Source: an uncultured Candidatus Saccharibacteria bacterium (GTDB lineage Bacteria > Patescibacteriota > Doudnabacteria > UBA920). From it: a stretch of 52,254 bases of DNA. How positions within the stretch are numbered: position 1 is the first letter of the stretch; each line of letters starts with the position of its first letter. Location: assembly GCA_964453265.1 (NCBI GenBank), contig CAYVNU010000001.1:52022-104275 (forward strand). The letters are read 5' to 3'. This document shows positions 1-7,286 of this stretch, one piece after another. The notes below the pieces were generated by a model. That model ran no database searches. It was not told where the DNA came from and worked only from the letters and a program-made list of their open reading frames with translations. Both the position numbers and the translations under genes were made by a program.

Positions 1-330
1 TATGCTGCTAGGTACATTGCCAAAAATATTGTTGCCGCAGGGTTTGCAAAAAAAGTTTTGGTACAACTAGCTTACGCAATTGGCGTGGCTAAACCAGTTT
101 CTATTTTTATAGATACCTACGGAACCGGAAAAATTGCGGACGAAAAATTACAGACAATCTGTGAACAAATTTTCCCGGTAAAGCCGGCGGACATAATTAA
201 AGAGCTTCAATTAGAAAAACCAATTTACGAACAAACCGCAGCCTACGGCCACTTTGGCAGGACAGATGTTCGCTTCCCGTGGGAGAAGACGGATAAAGTA
301 AGAATGATCAGAAAGCTTGCTAAAAGGTAA
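1..330 (+). CDS. metK: S-adenosylmethionine synthetase, C-terminal part (5' end outside window)
   Basis: Frame 1 is open from base 1. Translation [14 protein letters not shown]...AAYGHFGR...FPWEKTD matches the conserved MetK C-terminal domain. Stop TAA at 328-330. Confidence 0.9.
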   Translation, partial: YAARYIAKNIVAAGFAKKVLVQLAYAIGVAKPVSIFIDTYGTGKIADEKLQTICEQIFPVKPADIIKELQLEKPIYEQTAAYGHFGRTDVRFPWEKTDKVRMIRKLAKR

Positions 331-368
331 GTTTCCATGCTTGCCCGCCATAGCTTTAGCGACGGCGG
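331..368. repeat. GC-rich repeat module directly after the metK stop
   Basis: The reverse complement of 341-361 is cgctaaagctatggcgggcaa, which matches 2085-2105 at 20/21. It is a GC-rich island in AT-rich context. Confidence 0.6.
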
Positions 369-421
369 GGGAGAAGACAGATAAAGTAAATGCAATTAGG
401 AAATTGGCAAAGAAAAAATAG
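369..421 (+). other. vestigial second copy of the metK 3' coding end
   Basis: 369-389 gggagaagacagataaagtaa matches 281-301 at 20/21. It reads EKTDKVNAIRKLAKKK-stop, versus [15 protein letters not shown]-stop in the live gene. Confidence 0.6.
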
Positions 422-459
422 TTATTGACTTTAGTGTTTTTTGGGTTTACCATAAGGCT

Positions 460-708
460 ATGGAGTATGAGTTAACAAAGCATGCTAGACTTCGGCTTTT
501 AGAAAGAAAAATTTCTAAAAGTATGCTTAAAGAGGCTTTGGAAAATCCGACAAAAATTGGTTACGATAGCTACGGTAATACCTTGTTTAAAAAACTATAT
601 GTTAAATCGGGCAAACAGCGTTTGCTTTTAGTTGCCGGAAGAAAGTTTAAAAATAAACTTAAAATTTTTACTATTATTGAAACATCTAAGACTTCTAAAT
701 ATTTATGA
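460..708 (+). CDS. DUF4258-like small protein (toxin-like partner of a two-gene module)
   Basis: 82 aa. The N-terminal HARLRLLERKIS motif and a C-terminal beta-rich part are typical of DUF4258. It has a 4-nt ATGA overlap with the next ORF. Confidence 0.6.
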   Translation: MEYELTKHARLRLLERKISKSMLKEALENPTKIGYDSYGNTLFKKLYVKSGKQRLLLVAGRKFKNKLKIFTIIETSKTSKYL

Positions 709-923
709 AAGCAGTATATGACAAGCAGAGCCAGGTGCTTTCCTGGCAGTTAAAAAAAGGCCCGAGTGTTGACAGCGACATTCAAGGCAATGTTGTTATT
801 GACTATGACAAAGCTGGAAAAATTGTTTCGATTAATTTTTACGAAGTTAACTTTGAAGATTTTAAAGAACACAAAAAGACCTTTTCTCGTTTTGTGTCTA
901 GAAAACAATTAGTTGTAGTATAA
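705..923 (+). CDS. DUF2283-like small protein (antitoxin-like partner)
   Basis: 72 aa. MKAVYDKQSQVLSWQL...VVIDYDKAGKIVSINFYEV fits the DUF2283 pattern YD...D.L...D.d..G.ivgIe. It is translationally coupled to 460-708. Confidence 0.6.
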   Translation: MKAVYDKQSQVLSWQLKKGPSVDSDIQGNVVIDYDKAGKIVSINFYEVNFEDFKEHKKTFSRFVSRKQLVVV

Positions 924-929
924 AAATTT

Positions 930-1814
930 ATGCCATATATTATTTTAATCATCGTCATCTTACTAATTCTTTCCAGTGTTCGCGTGGTGCAACAAAACAC
1001 AGTGTACGTAATTGAAATGGTTGGACGTTTTAACCGCATTATGACCGCGGGGCTTAATTTTAAAGTGCCACTTTTTGAACGAGTGGCGGAAAAAGTTACA
1101 TTGCGTCAGCAAAACTTTACTTTAAAGAATATTTACCCTTCTAAAGACAAAGTTATAGTAGATATTGCTACTAACCTTATTTATAGCGTGGAAGCTACGG
1201 TAGAAGGCGTAAAAAAATATACATACTCTTTGCAGAACAGAAGTGCATCTATTGGGGCTATTATTGAAAATTCACTTCGTACATATGTTGCTAAAGAAAC
1301 TCACGAAGGCATTTTGGAAAAGAAAGAAGAATTAGCCGCGCATATTCGAATAGATTTAGAAAAACAGTTTTCTGAATGGGGTATGTTAATAAGCTCTTTC
1401 CAAATTACCGAAGTTTCTTTCCCGCCAACTATTACGCAGGCTATGAGTGAAGTCGTAGCCAGCCAGCAGCTTATGAAGGCTGCCGCAAACCAAGGTGAGG
1501 CGACTAAAATTAGAGCGGTTAAAGAAGCAGAAGCGGAAAAAGAAAGAAAGCGCTTACAAGGCGAGGGTATTGCACTTGAGCGCGAAGCTATTGCTTCAGG
1601 ACTTAGGCAGTCAGTAGAAATTATAAAGTTAGCTACCGGCCAAAGTAATACAGAAATTATGGCCATATTAACTTTAAACCAATACTTAGACACTATGAAG
1701 AGCATTGGCGTAACTCCCAATACTAAAGTTTTGTTCTTAGACTCCAGTGCCGGCAAAACCGGTGACCTAATGAAGCAGTTTATGGCAGCGTTTGAGAGTA
1801 GCGACAAAAGGTAG
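930..1814 (+). CDS. SPFH/band-7 (stomatin/prohibitin-like) membrane protein
   Basis: N-terminal TM helix, then VVQQNTVYVIEMVGRFNRIMTAGLNFKVPLFERV and a coiled Ala/Glu-rich C-terminus typical of SPFH proteins. Confidence 0.85.
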   Translation: MPYIILIIVILLILSSVRVVQQNTVYVIEMVGRFNRIMTAGLNFKVPLFERVAEKVTLRQQNFTLKNIYPSKDKVIVDIATNLIYSVEATVEGVKKYTYSLQNRSASIGAIIENSLRTYVAKETHEGILEKKEELAAHIRIDLEKQFSEWGMLISSFQITEVSFPPTITQAMSEVVASQQLMKAAANQGEATKIRAVKEAEAEKERKRLQGEGIALEREAIASGLRQSVEIIKLATGQSNTEIMAILTLNQYLDTMKSIGVTPNTKVLFLDSSAGKTGDLMKQFMAAFESSDKR

Positions 1815-1853
1815 GGCGTAACTTATAACAAATAATCTATAATTTATAACTAT

Positions 1854-1879
1854 AAAACCCAAGAGCATTCTTGGGTTTT
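1854..1879 (+). terminator. rho-independent terminator
   Basis: aaaacccaaga-gcat-tcttgggtttt: perfect 11-bp stem, 4-nt loop, T-run. Confidence 0.7.
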
Positions 1880-1899
1880 ATGTATGTTAGAATATATAA

Positions 1900-3768
1900 A
1901 TGAAACAAAAGTTGTTATTGGTTATAAATTTTTTAGTTATTAGTTTGCTTTTAGTTTACTACGGCGTATTTTTGGCTAAGAAGGTAGATTTAACTACGGC
2001 GGATTTGGGCAGGCATATTGAAAACGGAAAAATTATTGTAAATTCTATTTTGTACCCTCACCCAACCTTTCCCTCATCCACCGACGCTAAAGCTATGGCG
2101 GACAAGGAGGGAGAGGAGGGGGAGCAGCGTGGTACTAGTATATTCACTACCAACCCCAGTAGCAGAGCCGATAAATCGGCACGCTACGGGGCAAGCTATA
2201 AATTACTTATAACCAACTATTATTCTTACACTTTACCTGATCAACCTTTTGTTAATCACCACTGGCTTTCGGGTGTGGTATTTTATTTGATTTATCAAAT
2301 AACTGGGTTTGTCGGATTGTCGTGGTTTTATATTTTACTTGGTTGCGCTACGCTGTGGTTGTTTTTTGATGTTGCAAGAAGGAAGTCTAATTTGTTTATT
2401 GCCAGCGTAATAACCATAGCACTCATGCCTTTACTTGCTTCGCGTACGGAAGTCAGGCCGGAAATGATAACTTACTTTTTTACAGGCGTATTTTTGTGGG
2501 TGTTGTTGGGCTTTAGATTATTCAATAAAAATATTTTGACCTCTCCTGCCCCTTTGGGGCATCCTCCCCACGCCTGGGGAGGAGGGGTAATGTTATTACC
2601 TTTGGTAATGCTGCTTTGGGTTAATTTGCACATAGGGTTTGTGTTTGGGTTTTTGGTTTTGGGGGCGTTTTGGGTGGAGGAGTTAGTAATGTCATTCCGA
2701 GTGCATCCGACTTGTCCGACGAAGTCCGCCTCAGGCGGACGAAGTTGGAGGAATCCCTTTTTTGTAATTAAAACTATATTTAAGGGATCCTTCGCTAGCG
2801 CTCTGGATGGTTATCACAGGCTTAGAAATTTAACTTTAATAGGGTTTTTATGTATAGTTGCCGCTCTTATTAACCCCAACTTTCTAAAAGGATTTTTGTA
2901 CCCTTTAAATATATTTAAAAACTATGGCTATTTAATTGTAGAAAATCAGTCAATTAAATTTTTGGAAAATATAAATTTCTCAAACGGCCAGCACTTTTTA
3001 ATTTTTAAAGCAGTATTTTTGTTAGTTTGCATTAGTTTTCTGGCAGTGGCTGTTAAAAACTGGAAACAACTAAAAATTTCTTTGTTATTGCTTAGTTTGT
3101 TTACAGGCTTGCTCGCATACTATGGCATTAGGCATTTTCCCAGCTTTGCTTTTTTTGCTTTGGTAGCCTTAGCTTATAATGTGAATATTTTATTGGGTAG
3201 CAAGTTATCTTTAAACAAAGGTGGTAACGCGGGAAGAGTTTTTTCCGCTGTAATAATTCCGGTAGGCATATTTTTTGTTTTTATTAATATTTTTTCTAGT
3301 TATGGGGAACTAAAAGCGCGGGCGGATTTTGGCTTAGGGCTTTTGCCTGGGGTTAACGCGTCTGCGGAATTTTTTAAAGAGCAAAACATAAAAGGTCCTA
3401 TATTTAATGACTACGACATAGGTGGGTATTTAATTTACAATATTTATCCGGAAAAGGTTTTTGTAGACAACAGGCCGGAAGCCTATACAGTAGATTTTTT
3501 TGAAAATTATAAATTAATGCAAACAGACCCTTTAAAATGGAAGGAAATGGACGAAAAGTATAATTTTAATTCTATTTTCTTTTCTCACCGTGATTATACG
3601 CCGTGGGCGCAGGCGTTTTTAATATCGCGCATACAAGACCCAGTCTGGGCACCGGTATTTGTGGATGGTTTTAATATAATATTTTTAAAACGTAACGAGC
3701 AGAATAAAGAAATCATTAAGAAATTTGAAATCCCAAAAAGCCGTTTTGGAATAACAACTAGTAAGTAG
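1900..3768 (+). CDS. polytopic membrane protein, possibly GT-C-type glycosyltransferase, carrying three GC-rich in-frame insertions
   Basis: 622 aa with many predicted TM helices and a soluble C-terminal domain. It lies directly upstream of a Dpm1-like GT2. The function is not recognisable with certainty. Confidence 0.45.
   Translation: MKQKLLLVINFLVISLLLVYYGVFLAKKVDLTTADLGRHIENGKIIVNSILYPHPTFPSSTDAKAMADKEGEEGEQRGTSIFTTNPSSRADKSARYGASYKLLITNYYSYTLPDQPFVNHHWLSGVVFYLIYQITGFVGLSWFYILLGCATLWLFFDVARRKSNLFIASVITIALMPLLASRTEVRPEMITYFFTGVFLWVLLGFRLFNKNILTSPAPLGHPPHAWGGGVMLLPLVMLLWVNLHIGFVFGFLVLGAFWVEELVMSFRVHPTCPTKSASGGRSWRNPFFVIKTIFKGSFASALDGYHRLRNLTLIGFLCIVAALINPNFLKGFLYPLNIFKNYGYLIVENQSIKFLENINFSNGQHFLIFKAVFLLVCISFLAVAVKNWKQLKISLLLLSLFTGLLAYYGIRHFPSFAFFALVALAYNVNILLGSKLSLNKGGNAGRVFSAVIIPVGIFFVFINIFSSYGELKARADFGLGLLPGVNASAEFFKEQNIKGPIFNDYDIGGYLIYNIYPEKVFVDNRPEAYTVDFFENYKLMQTDPLKWKEMDEKYNFNSIFFSHRDYTPWAQAFLISRIQDPVWAPVFVDGFNIIFLKRNEQNKEIIKKFEIPKSRFGITTSK
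2054..2196. repeat. GC-rich hairpin repeat element inside a CDS
   Basis: 2081-2105 ccgacgctaaagctatggcggacaa recurs in reverse at 4196-4220 (22/25) and 341-361. A nested hairpin spans 2154-2191 (CCCCaGTAGC..GCCGAT-aa-ATCGGC..GCTACGGGG). It encodes a Pro/Ser/Gly/Glu-rich segment. Confidence 0.65.
2540..2592. repeat. GC-rich hairpin repeat element inside a CDS
   Basis: Hairpins TGCCCC-ttt-GGGGCA (2547-2561) and CCTCCCCA-cgcc-TGGGGAGG (2563-2582). The architecture matches 4118-4157. Confidence 0.6.
2691..2812. repeat. GC-rich repeat element inside a CDS (MITE-like size)
   Basis: 2707-2726 ccgacttgtccgacgaagtc is identical (20/20) to 5938-5957. Hairpin TCCGCC-tca-GGCGGA lies at 2725-2739, flanked by direct gacgaagt. 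The ends gtcattccgag / ctctggatgg are roughly inverted. Confidence 0.6.
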
Positions 3769-3788
3769 CAAGTAGTAGGTAGTAAGTA
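3761..3788. repeat. 4 x 7-nt tandem repeat (gtaagta gcaagta gtaggta gtaagta)
   Basis: Read directly from the sequence. It spans the stop codon of 1900-3768 and the spacer before 3795. Confidence 0.7.
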
Positions 3789-3794
3789 GCCAAA

Positions 3795-4598
3795 ATGATA
3801 CTTTCAATAATCATCCCAGCACATAACGAAGAAAAAACTATTGTCCAAGTTTTGGACAGTGTTTTTAGCGTGCCTTTAGGCGAGTGGGAGAGGGAAGTAG
3901 TTGTGGTTAACGACGGATCGAGTGATGGAACAAAAGACATCTTAGATAAATACACTAGTAATAAAATTATTAAAATTCATCACGCCCAAAATTTAGGCAA
4001 AGGCGCTTCCATCCAAACAGGTTTAAAAGCGGCTACAGGCAATTATGTAATTATTCAGGACGCGGATTTGGAATATGAGCCGGGGGATATTCCTAATCTT
4101 TTATCACAGTTAGGCAACCTCTCTGCCCTAAAGGGCATCTCTCCTCAACAGGAGAGAGAACTGCAGACTGCAGCTGCAGGTTTCCCTCCCTTTTCTTGTC
4201 CGCCAAAGCCTTGGCGTCGGAGGATGAGGGGAGGGATTAAGGGGGAGGTTGCTGTCTTTGGCAACCGCGGCACAAAAAGTTACCCGGAGCGAGGCTTCCA
4301 TTATGTGTTAGGCGCAAAACTCCTAACTTGGACGTTTAATATTTTATTTTGGCAAAATATTAAAGACTTATATACAGGGTATAAACTCATTCCTACTGCT
4401 ATATTTAAAGAACTTGGCATAACATCAACTGGCTTTGAATTTGAAGCTGAGGTAGCTTGTAAACTAGCTTGTAGGGGTGTTAATATAAAAGAAGTTTCTA
4501 TAAACTATAGGCCTAGAAGTAAGGAACAGGGCAAGCATATTGGATGGAAAGATGCGTTTATAGGTTTTAAAAAGATTTTAGAATTAAGAATAAAATAA
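3795..4598 (+). CDS. family 2 glycosyltransferase (Dpm1/polyprenyl-phosphate sugar synthase-like) with a large in-frame GC-rich insertion
   Basis: LSIIIPAHNEEKTI...VVVVNDGSSDGT...IIQDADLEYEPGDIP are GT2 signatures. The segment GNLSALKG...RRRMRGGIKGEV interrupts the conserved core. Confidence 0.85.
   Translation: MILSIIIPAHNEEKTIVQVLDSVFSVPLGEWEREVVVVNDGSSDGTKDILDKYTSNKIIKIHHAQNLGKGASIQTGLKAATGNYVIIQDADLEYEPGDIPNLLSQLGNLSALKGISPQQERELQTAAAGFPPFSCPPKPWRRRMRGGIKGEVAVFGNRGTKSYPERGFHYVLGAKLLTWTFNILFWQNIKDLYTGYKLIPTAIFKELGITSTGFEFEAEVACKLACRGVNIKEVSINYRPRSKEQGKHIGWKDAFIGFKKILELRIK
4116..4250. repeat. composite GC-rich hairpin repeat element inside a CDS
   Basis: Hairpins at 4124-4137 and at 4138-4157 (TCTCTCCT-caac-AGGAGAGA). 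CTGCAG occurs three times at 4161-4179. An outer stem pairs TCCCTCCC (4183-4190) with GGGAGGGA (4229-4236). The reverse complement of 4225-4250 matches 7512-7537 at 25/26, and 4196-4220 matches the reverse complement of 2081-2105 at 22/25. Confidence 0.7.
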
Positions 4599-4600
4599 AA

Positions 4601-4963
4601 ATGGATTCTGAAGCAGGATATCTTACTGACAATGAATTAAGCGAGTTAAATAGGAGGTATGAGGTTTTAGCTAACTATTTTCAAACATTGAGAATTGCAA
4701 ACCAAAAATATGGACGCTCGGTTTTATTTCATGTAACTGGCAATCTACTTCAAACTTTTAAATCTCAATTTTCTTTAACAAGGGATACCGATGAAAGAAT
4801 TCAATCTATAACTAAATTAAGAGTTTTAATAGATGATATTGATTTTTATGCAAAAAAACTGATTGATCCTGAATTTTTAAAGAGAGAGTTAAGACATGAT
4901 GATGTGAAAATTTGTGAAGAATATATAAATAAATTAAAAGCAGAAACAAATGATCCAAAATAA
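4601..4963 (+). CDS. hypothetical protein (ORFan, helical)
   Basis: 120-aa ORF in operon context with a 14-nt overlap with tkt. No recognisable family. Confidence 0.4.
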   Translation: MDSEAGYLTDNELSELNRRYEVLANYFQTLRIANQKYGRSVLFHVTGNLLQTFKSQFSLTRDTDERIQSITKLRVLIDDIDFYAKKLIDPEFLKRELRHDDVKICEEYINKLKAETNDPK

Positions 4964-6956
4964 TTTACCAGAGTTAGCAAAATTAGTTAGGTATTACTCG
5001 CTTGTTTCTACTACTGAGGCGGGGAGCGGGCATCCTTCTTCATCGCTTTCTGCCACCGATGTTATGGTGGGGTTGATGTTCGGAGGACATTTTAAAGCTG
5101 ATTTAGACAATCCACAGAATCCAAATAACGACCGATTAATTTTTAGCAAAGGCCATGCCTCGCCTTTGTTTTATAGTTTGTACGCGGTGGCGGGGCAGAA
5201 ATCAGGTTCCTCCCCTCATGAGGGGAGGTTAGGTGGGGTCATTGAAAAGGAAGTTAAATCACTAGAGTCTGCTACGACCTCCCCCAGCCCCTCCTCACGA
5301 GGAGGGGAGTTAAAACGGGCAATGGTTCCGGAGGAGATGTTATTGCTTAGAAAATTTGGAAGCCGACTTGAAGGACATCCTACTTTAGAATTTAAATATA
5401 CAGAAGTTCCGACCGGGAGTTTAGGACAAGGTCTTAGTGCAGGGCTTGGTATGGCTTTAAATGCCAAACTTGATAAGTTAAGCTATAACACTTTTGTTTT
5501 AATGGGCGACAGCGAAATTGCGGAAGGTAGCGTGTGGGAGGCGGTGCAAGTTGCGGCGCATTATGAATTAAATAATTTGTATGCAATTGTAGATGTAAAC
5601 CGTTTGGGGCAAAGGGGGCAAACTATGTCAGGGCACGATGTAGAAAGAATTGCAGCAATGTTTACCTCTTTTGGCTGGAACACGAGCATAATTTATAAAG
5701 ACGAGGGTTTTGACAAAATAAATGAAGTTTTTACGGACGCGCTAAATAAGAAACATGGGCAAGTCGGGCCTACGGCTATTATTGTCCAGACTTTAAAAGG
5801 TAAAGGCGTGAGTTTTATGGAAGACAAAGACGGCTGGCATGGCAAGGCTTTGACGAAGGACGAGCTAGTGAAGGCATTAGAAGAATTAGGTGAGATAGAT
5901 AAAACTTTAGTTGGAGTAATTTCAAAGCCCGAGTCCTCCGACTTGTCCGACGAAGTCTTGGCGAAGTCGGAAGCTTTAGCGAAGGCGGAAAAATCAGTTG
6001 GTGATTTAAAATTTACAGCTTACGATGTTTCAAAATCCGTGGCCACTCGTAAAGCCTACGGTAATGCCTTGGTAAATATTTTAGAAACATATCCAAATGC
6101 TGTGGTGTTAGATGCAGAAACTAGTAATTCTACCTATTCCGAATTTGTTAAAAAAACTCATCCAGAAAGCTTTTTTGAAATGTATATTGCAGAGCAAAAT
6201 ATGGTAGGTACGGCTTTAGGTTTTAGTAGAAGAGGAAAAATTCCGTTTGTTTCTACTTTCGCGGCATTTTTAAGCCGCGCTTTTGACCAAATTCGTATGT
6301 CGCAGTATGCAGACAGTAATATTAAATTTGTGGGTTCGCACGCGGGCGTAAGTATAGGCGAAGACGGCGCCAGTCAAATGGCGCTCGAAGACATTGCAAT
6401 GTTTAGAACGGTGTTTGGTGGAGTTGTTTTATATCCTTCCGACGCAGTAAGCACTGAAAAATTAGTCGCAGAAGCAGCTAAACACCACGGCAATGTATAT
6501 ATTCGAACAACCCGTAAAGAAACTCCTGTTTTGTATGGCGCAGATGATGAATTTAAAATTGGGGGTTCAAAGGTACTTAAATCATCAGCTACCGATGTTG
6601 CAACTGTAATTGGTGCGGGCGTTACTTTACACGAAGCTTTAGCTGCATATGAGGAATTAAAGAAAGAAGGGATAAATATTCGGGTAATAGATTTATATAG
6701 TATTAAGCCAATAGATACAGAAACGCTTAAAAAAGCAGCTATGGAAACAAAAAATATAATTACGGTTGAAGACCATTTTGCGGAAGGGGGCTTAGGGGAA
6801 GCGGTGGCAAGCGCACTTGCAATTCAGAATGTAGAATTCAGAATGCAGAATTTAGCAGTCATGAAAATGCCAAAGTCAGGAAAACCGGATGAACTTTTGG
6901 CATATGAAGAAATAAATAGCCAGTCCATTATAAATAAAATTAAAGACTTGGTATAA
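4950..6956 (+). CDS. tkt: transketolase, N- and C-terminal halves fused in one ORF
   Basis: AGSGHPSSSLSATDVM, GDSEIAEGSVWEA, ATRKAYGNAL and EDGASQMALEDIAMFR are transketolase motifs. Two GC-rich in-frame insertions are present. Confidence 0.9.
   Translation: MIQNNLPELAKLVRYYSLVSTTEAGSGHPSSSLSATDVMVGLMFGGHFKADLDNPQNPNNDRLIFSKGHASPLFYSLYAVAGQKSGSSPHEGRLGGVIEKEVKSLESATTSPSPSSRGGELKRAMVPEEMLLLRKFGSRLEGHPTLEFKYTEVPTGSLGQGLSAGLGMALNAKLDKLSYNTFVLMGDSEIAEGSVWEAVQVAAHYELNNLYAIVDVNRLGQRGQTMSGHDVERIAAMFTSFGWNTSIIYKDEGFDKINEVFTDALNKKHGQVGPTAIIVQTLKGKGVSFMEDKDGWHGKALTKDELVKALEELGEIDKTLVGVISKPESSDLSDEVLAKSEALAKAEKSVGDLKFTAYDVSKSVATRKAYGNALVNILETYPNAVVLDAETSNSTYSEFVKKTHPESFFEMYIAEQNMVGTALGFSRRGKIPFVSTFAAFLSRAFDQIRMSQYADSNIKFVGSHAGVSIGEDGASQMALEDIAMFRTVFGGVVLYPSDAVSTEKLVAEAAKHHGNVYIRTTRKETPVLYGADDEFKIGGSKVLKSSATDVATVIGAGVTLHEALAAYEELKKEGINIRVIDLYSIKPIDTETLKKAAMETKNIITVEDHFAEGGLGEAVASALAIQNVEFRMQNLAVMKMPKSGKPDELLAYEEINSQSIINKIKDLV
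5197..5310. repeat. GC-rich hairpin repeat pair inside tkt
   Basis: Perfect 20-nt palindrome cctcccctcatgaggggagg at 5209-5228 and near-palindrome cccctcctcacgaggagggg at 5288-5307. They interrupt the conserved PLFYSLYAVAG / LRKFGSRLEGHP region. Confidence 0.65.
5929..5988. repeat. GC-rich repeat element at the junction of the two transketolase halves
   Basis: 5938-5957 is identical to 2707-2726. 5938-5966 matches 46401-46429 at 27/29. It encodes ESSDLSDEVLAKSEALAKAEKS. Confidence 0.65.
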
Positions 6957-6963
6957 TATATAT

Positions 6964-7272
6964 ATGGTATTTGATCCAGAGAGGAATAATTTAACACCTG
7001 ACAATGCTGGCTCATTTAGTGTAAATGAGAAAAACTTTGTTCGCAGTGAGGTTTTACAAGGTGTGACTTATGTATATATTAAATTTCAGATGCCCAGAGC
7101 GGATCTACGAGAATTTTTATTACTGGAGGGAAATAGATATGATCTATCTATAGATCTAAAGGAAAAACAAGGTCCCGCAAAAGTAGAATTAGTTTCTCAT
7201 ACCATGATAGAGGATACGGATAAAACTTTAGGACCTATTTACGAGTTAAGATTAAAAGTTTTGCCAGATTAA
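6964..7272 (+). CDS. hypothetical protein (ORFan)
   Basis: 102-aa ORF filling the tkt-glpX spacer. No recognisable family. Confidence 0.4.
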   Translation: MVFDPERNNLTPDNAGSFSVNEKNFVRSEVLQGVTYVYIKFQMPRADLREFLLLEGNRYDLSIDLKEKQGPAKVELVSHTMIEDTDKTLGPIYELRLKVLPD

Positions 7273-7286
7273 TTTTAGTAAATCTT

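Noticed and set aside
211-453. Antisense or alternative ORFs that run through the GC-rich repeats (211-453, 5216-5467, 7305-7559, 46239-46439, all minus strand)
   Set aside because: They exist only because the GC-rich repeats lack stop codons in several frames. They overlap well-supported genes or lie in repeat DNA, and they encode low-complexity Pro/Gly/Arg peptides.
1301-1807. Long antisense shadow ORFs (1301-1807, 8568-9176, 13366-13869, 15136-15570, 15949-16161, 29198-29479, 32162-32521, 33840-34173 on the minus strand; 24637-24921 on the plus strand)
   Set aside because: Each lies entirely opposite a gene with clear family motifs. None has recognisable domains or independent start signals.
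4161-4179. Three CTGCAG (PstI-site) motifs in 19 nt
   Set aside because: They are part of the composite GC-rich repeat element at 4116-4250, not an independent feature.
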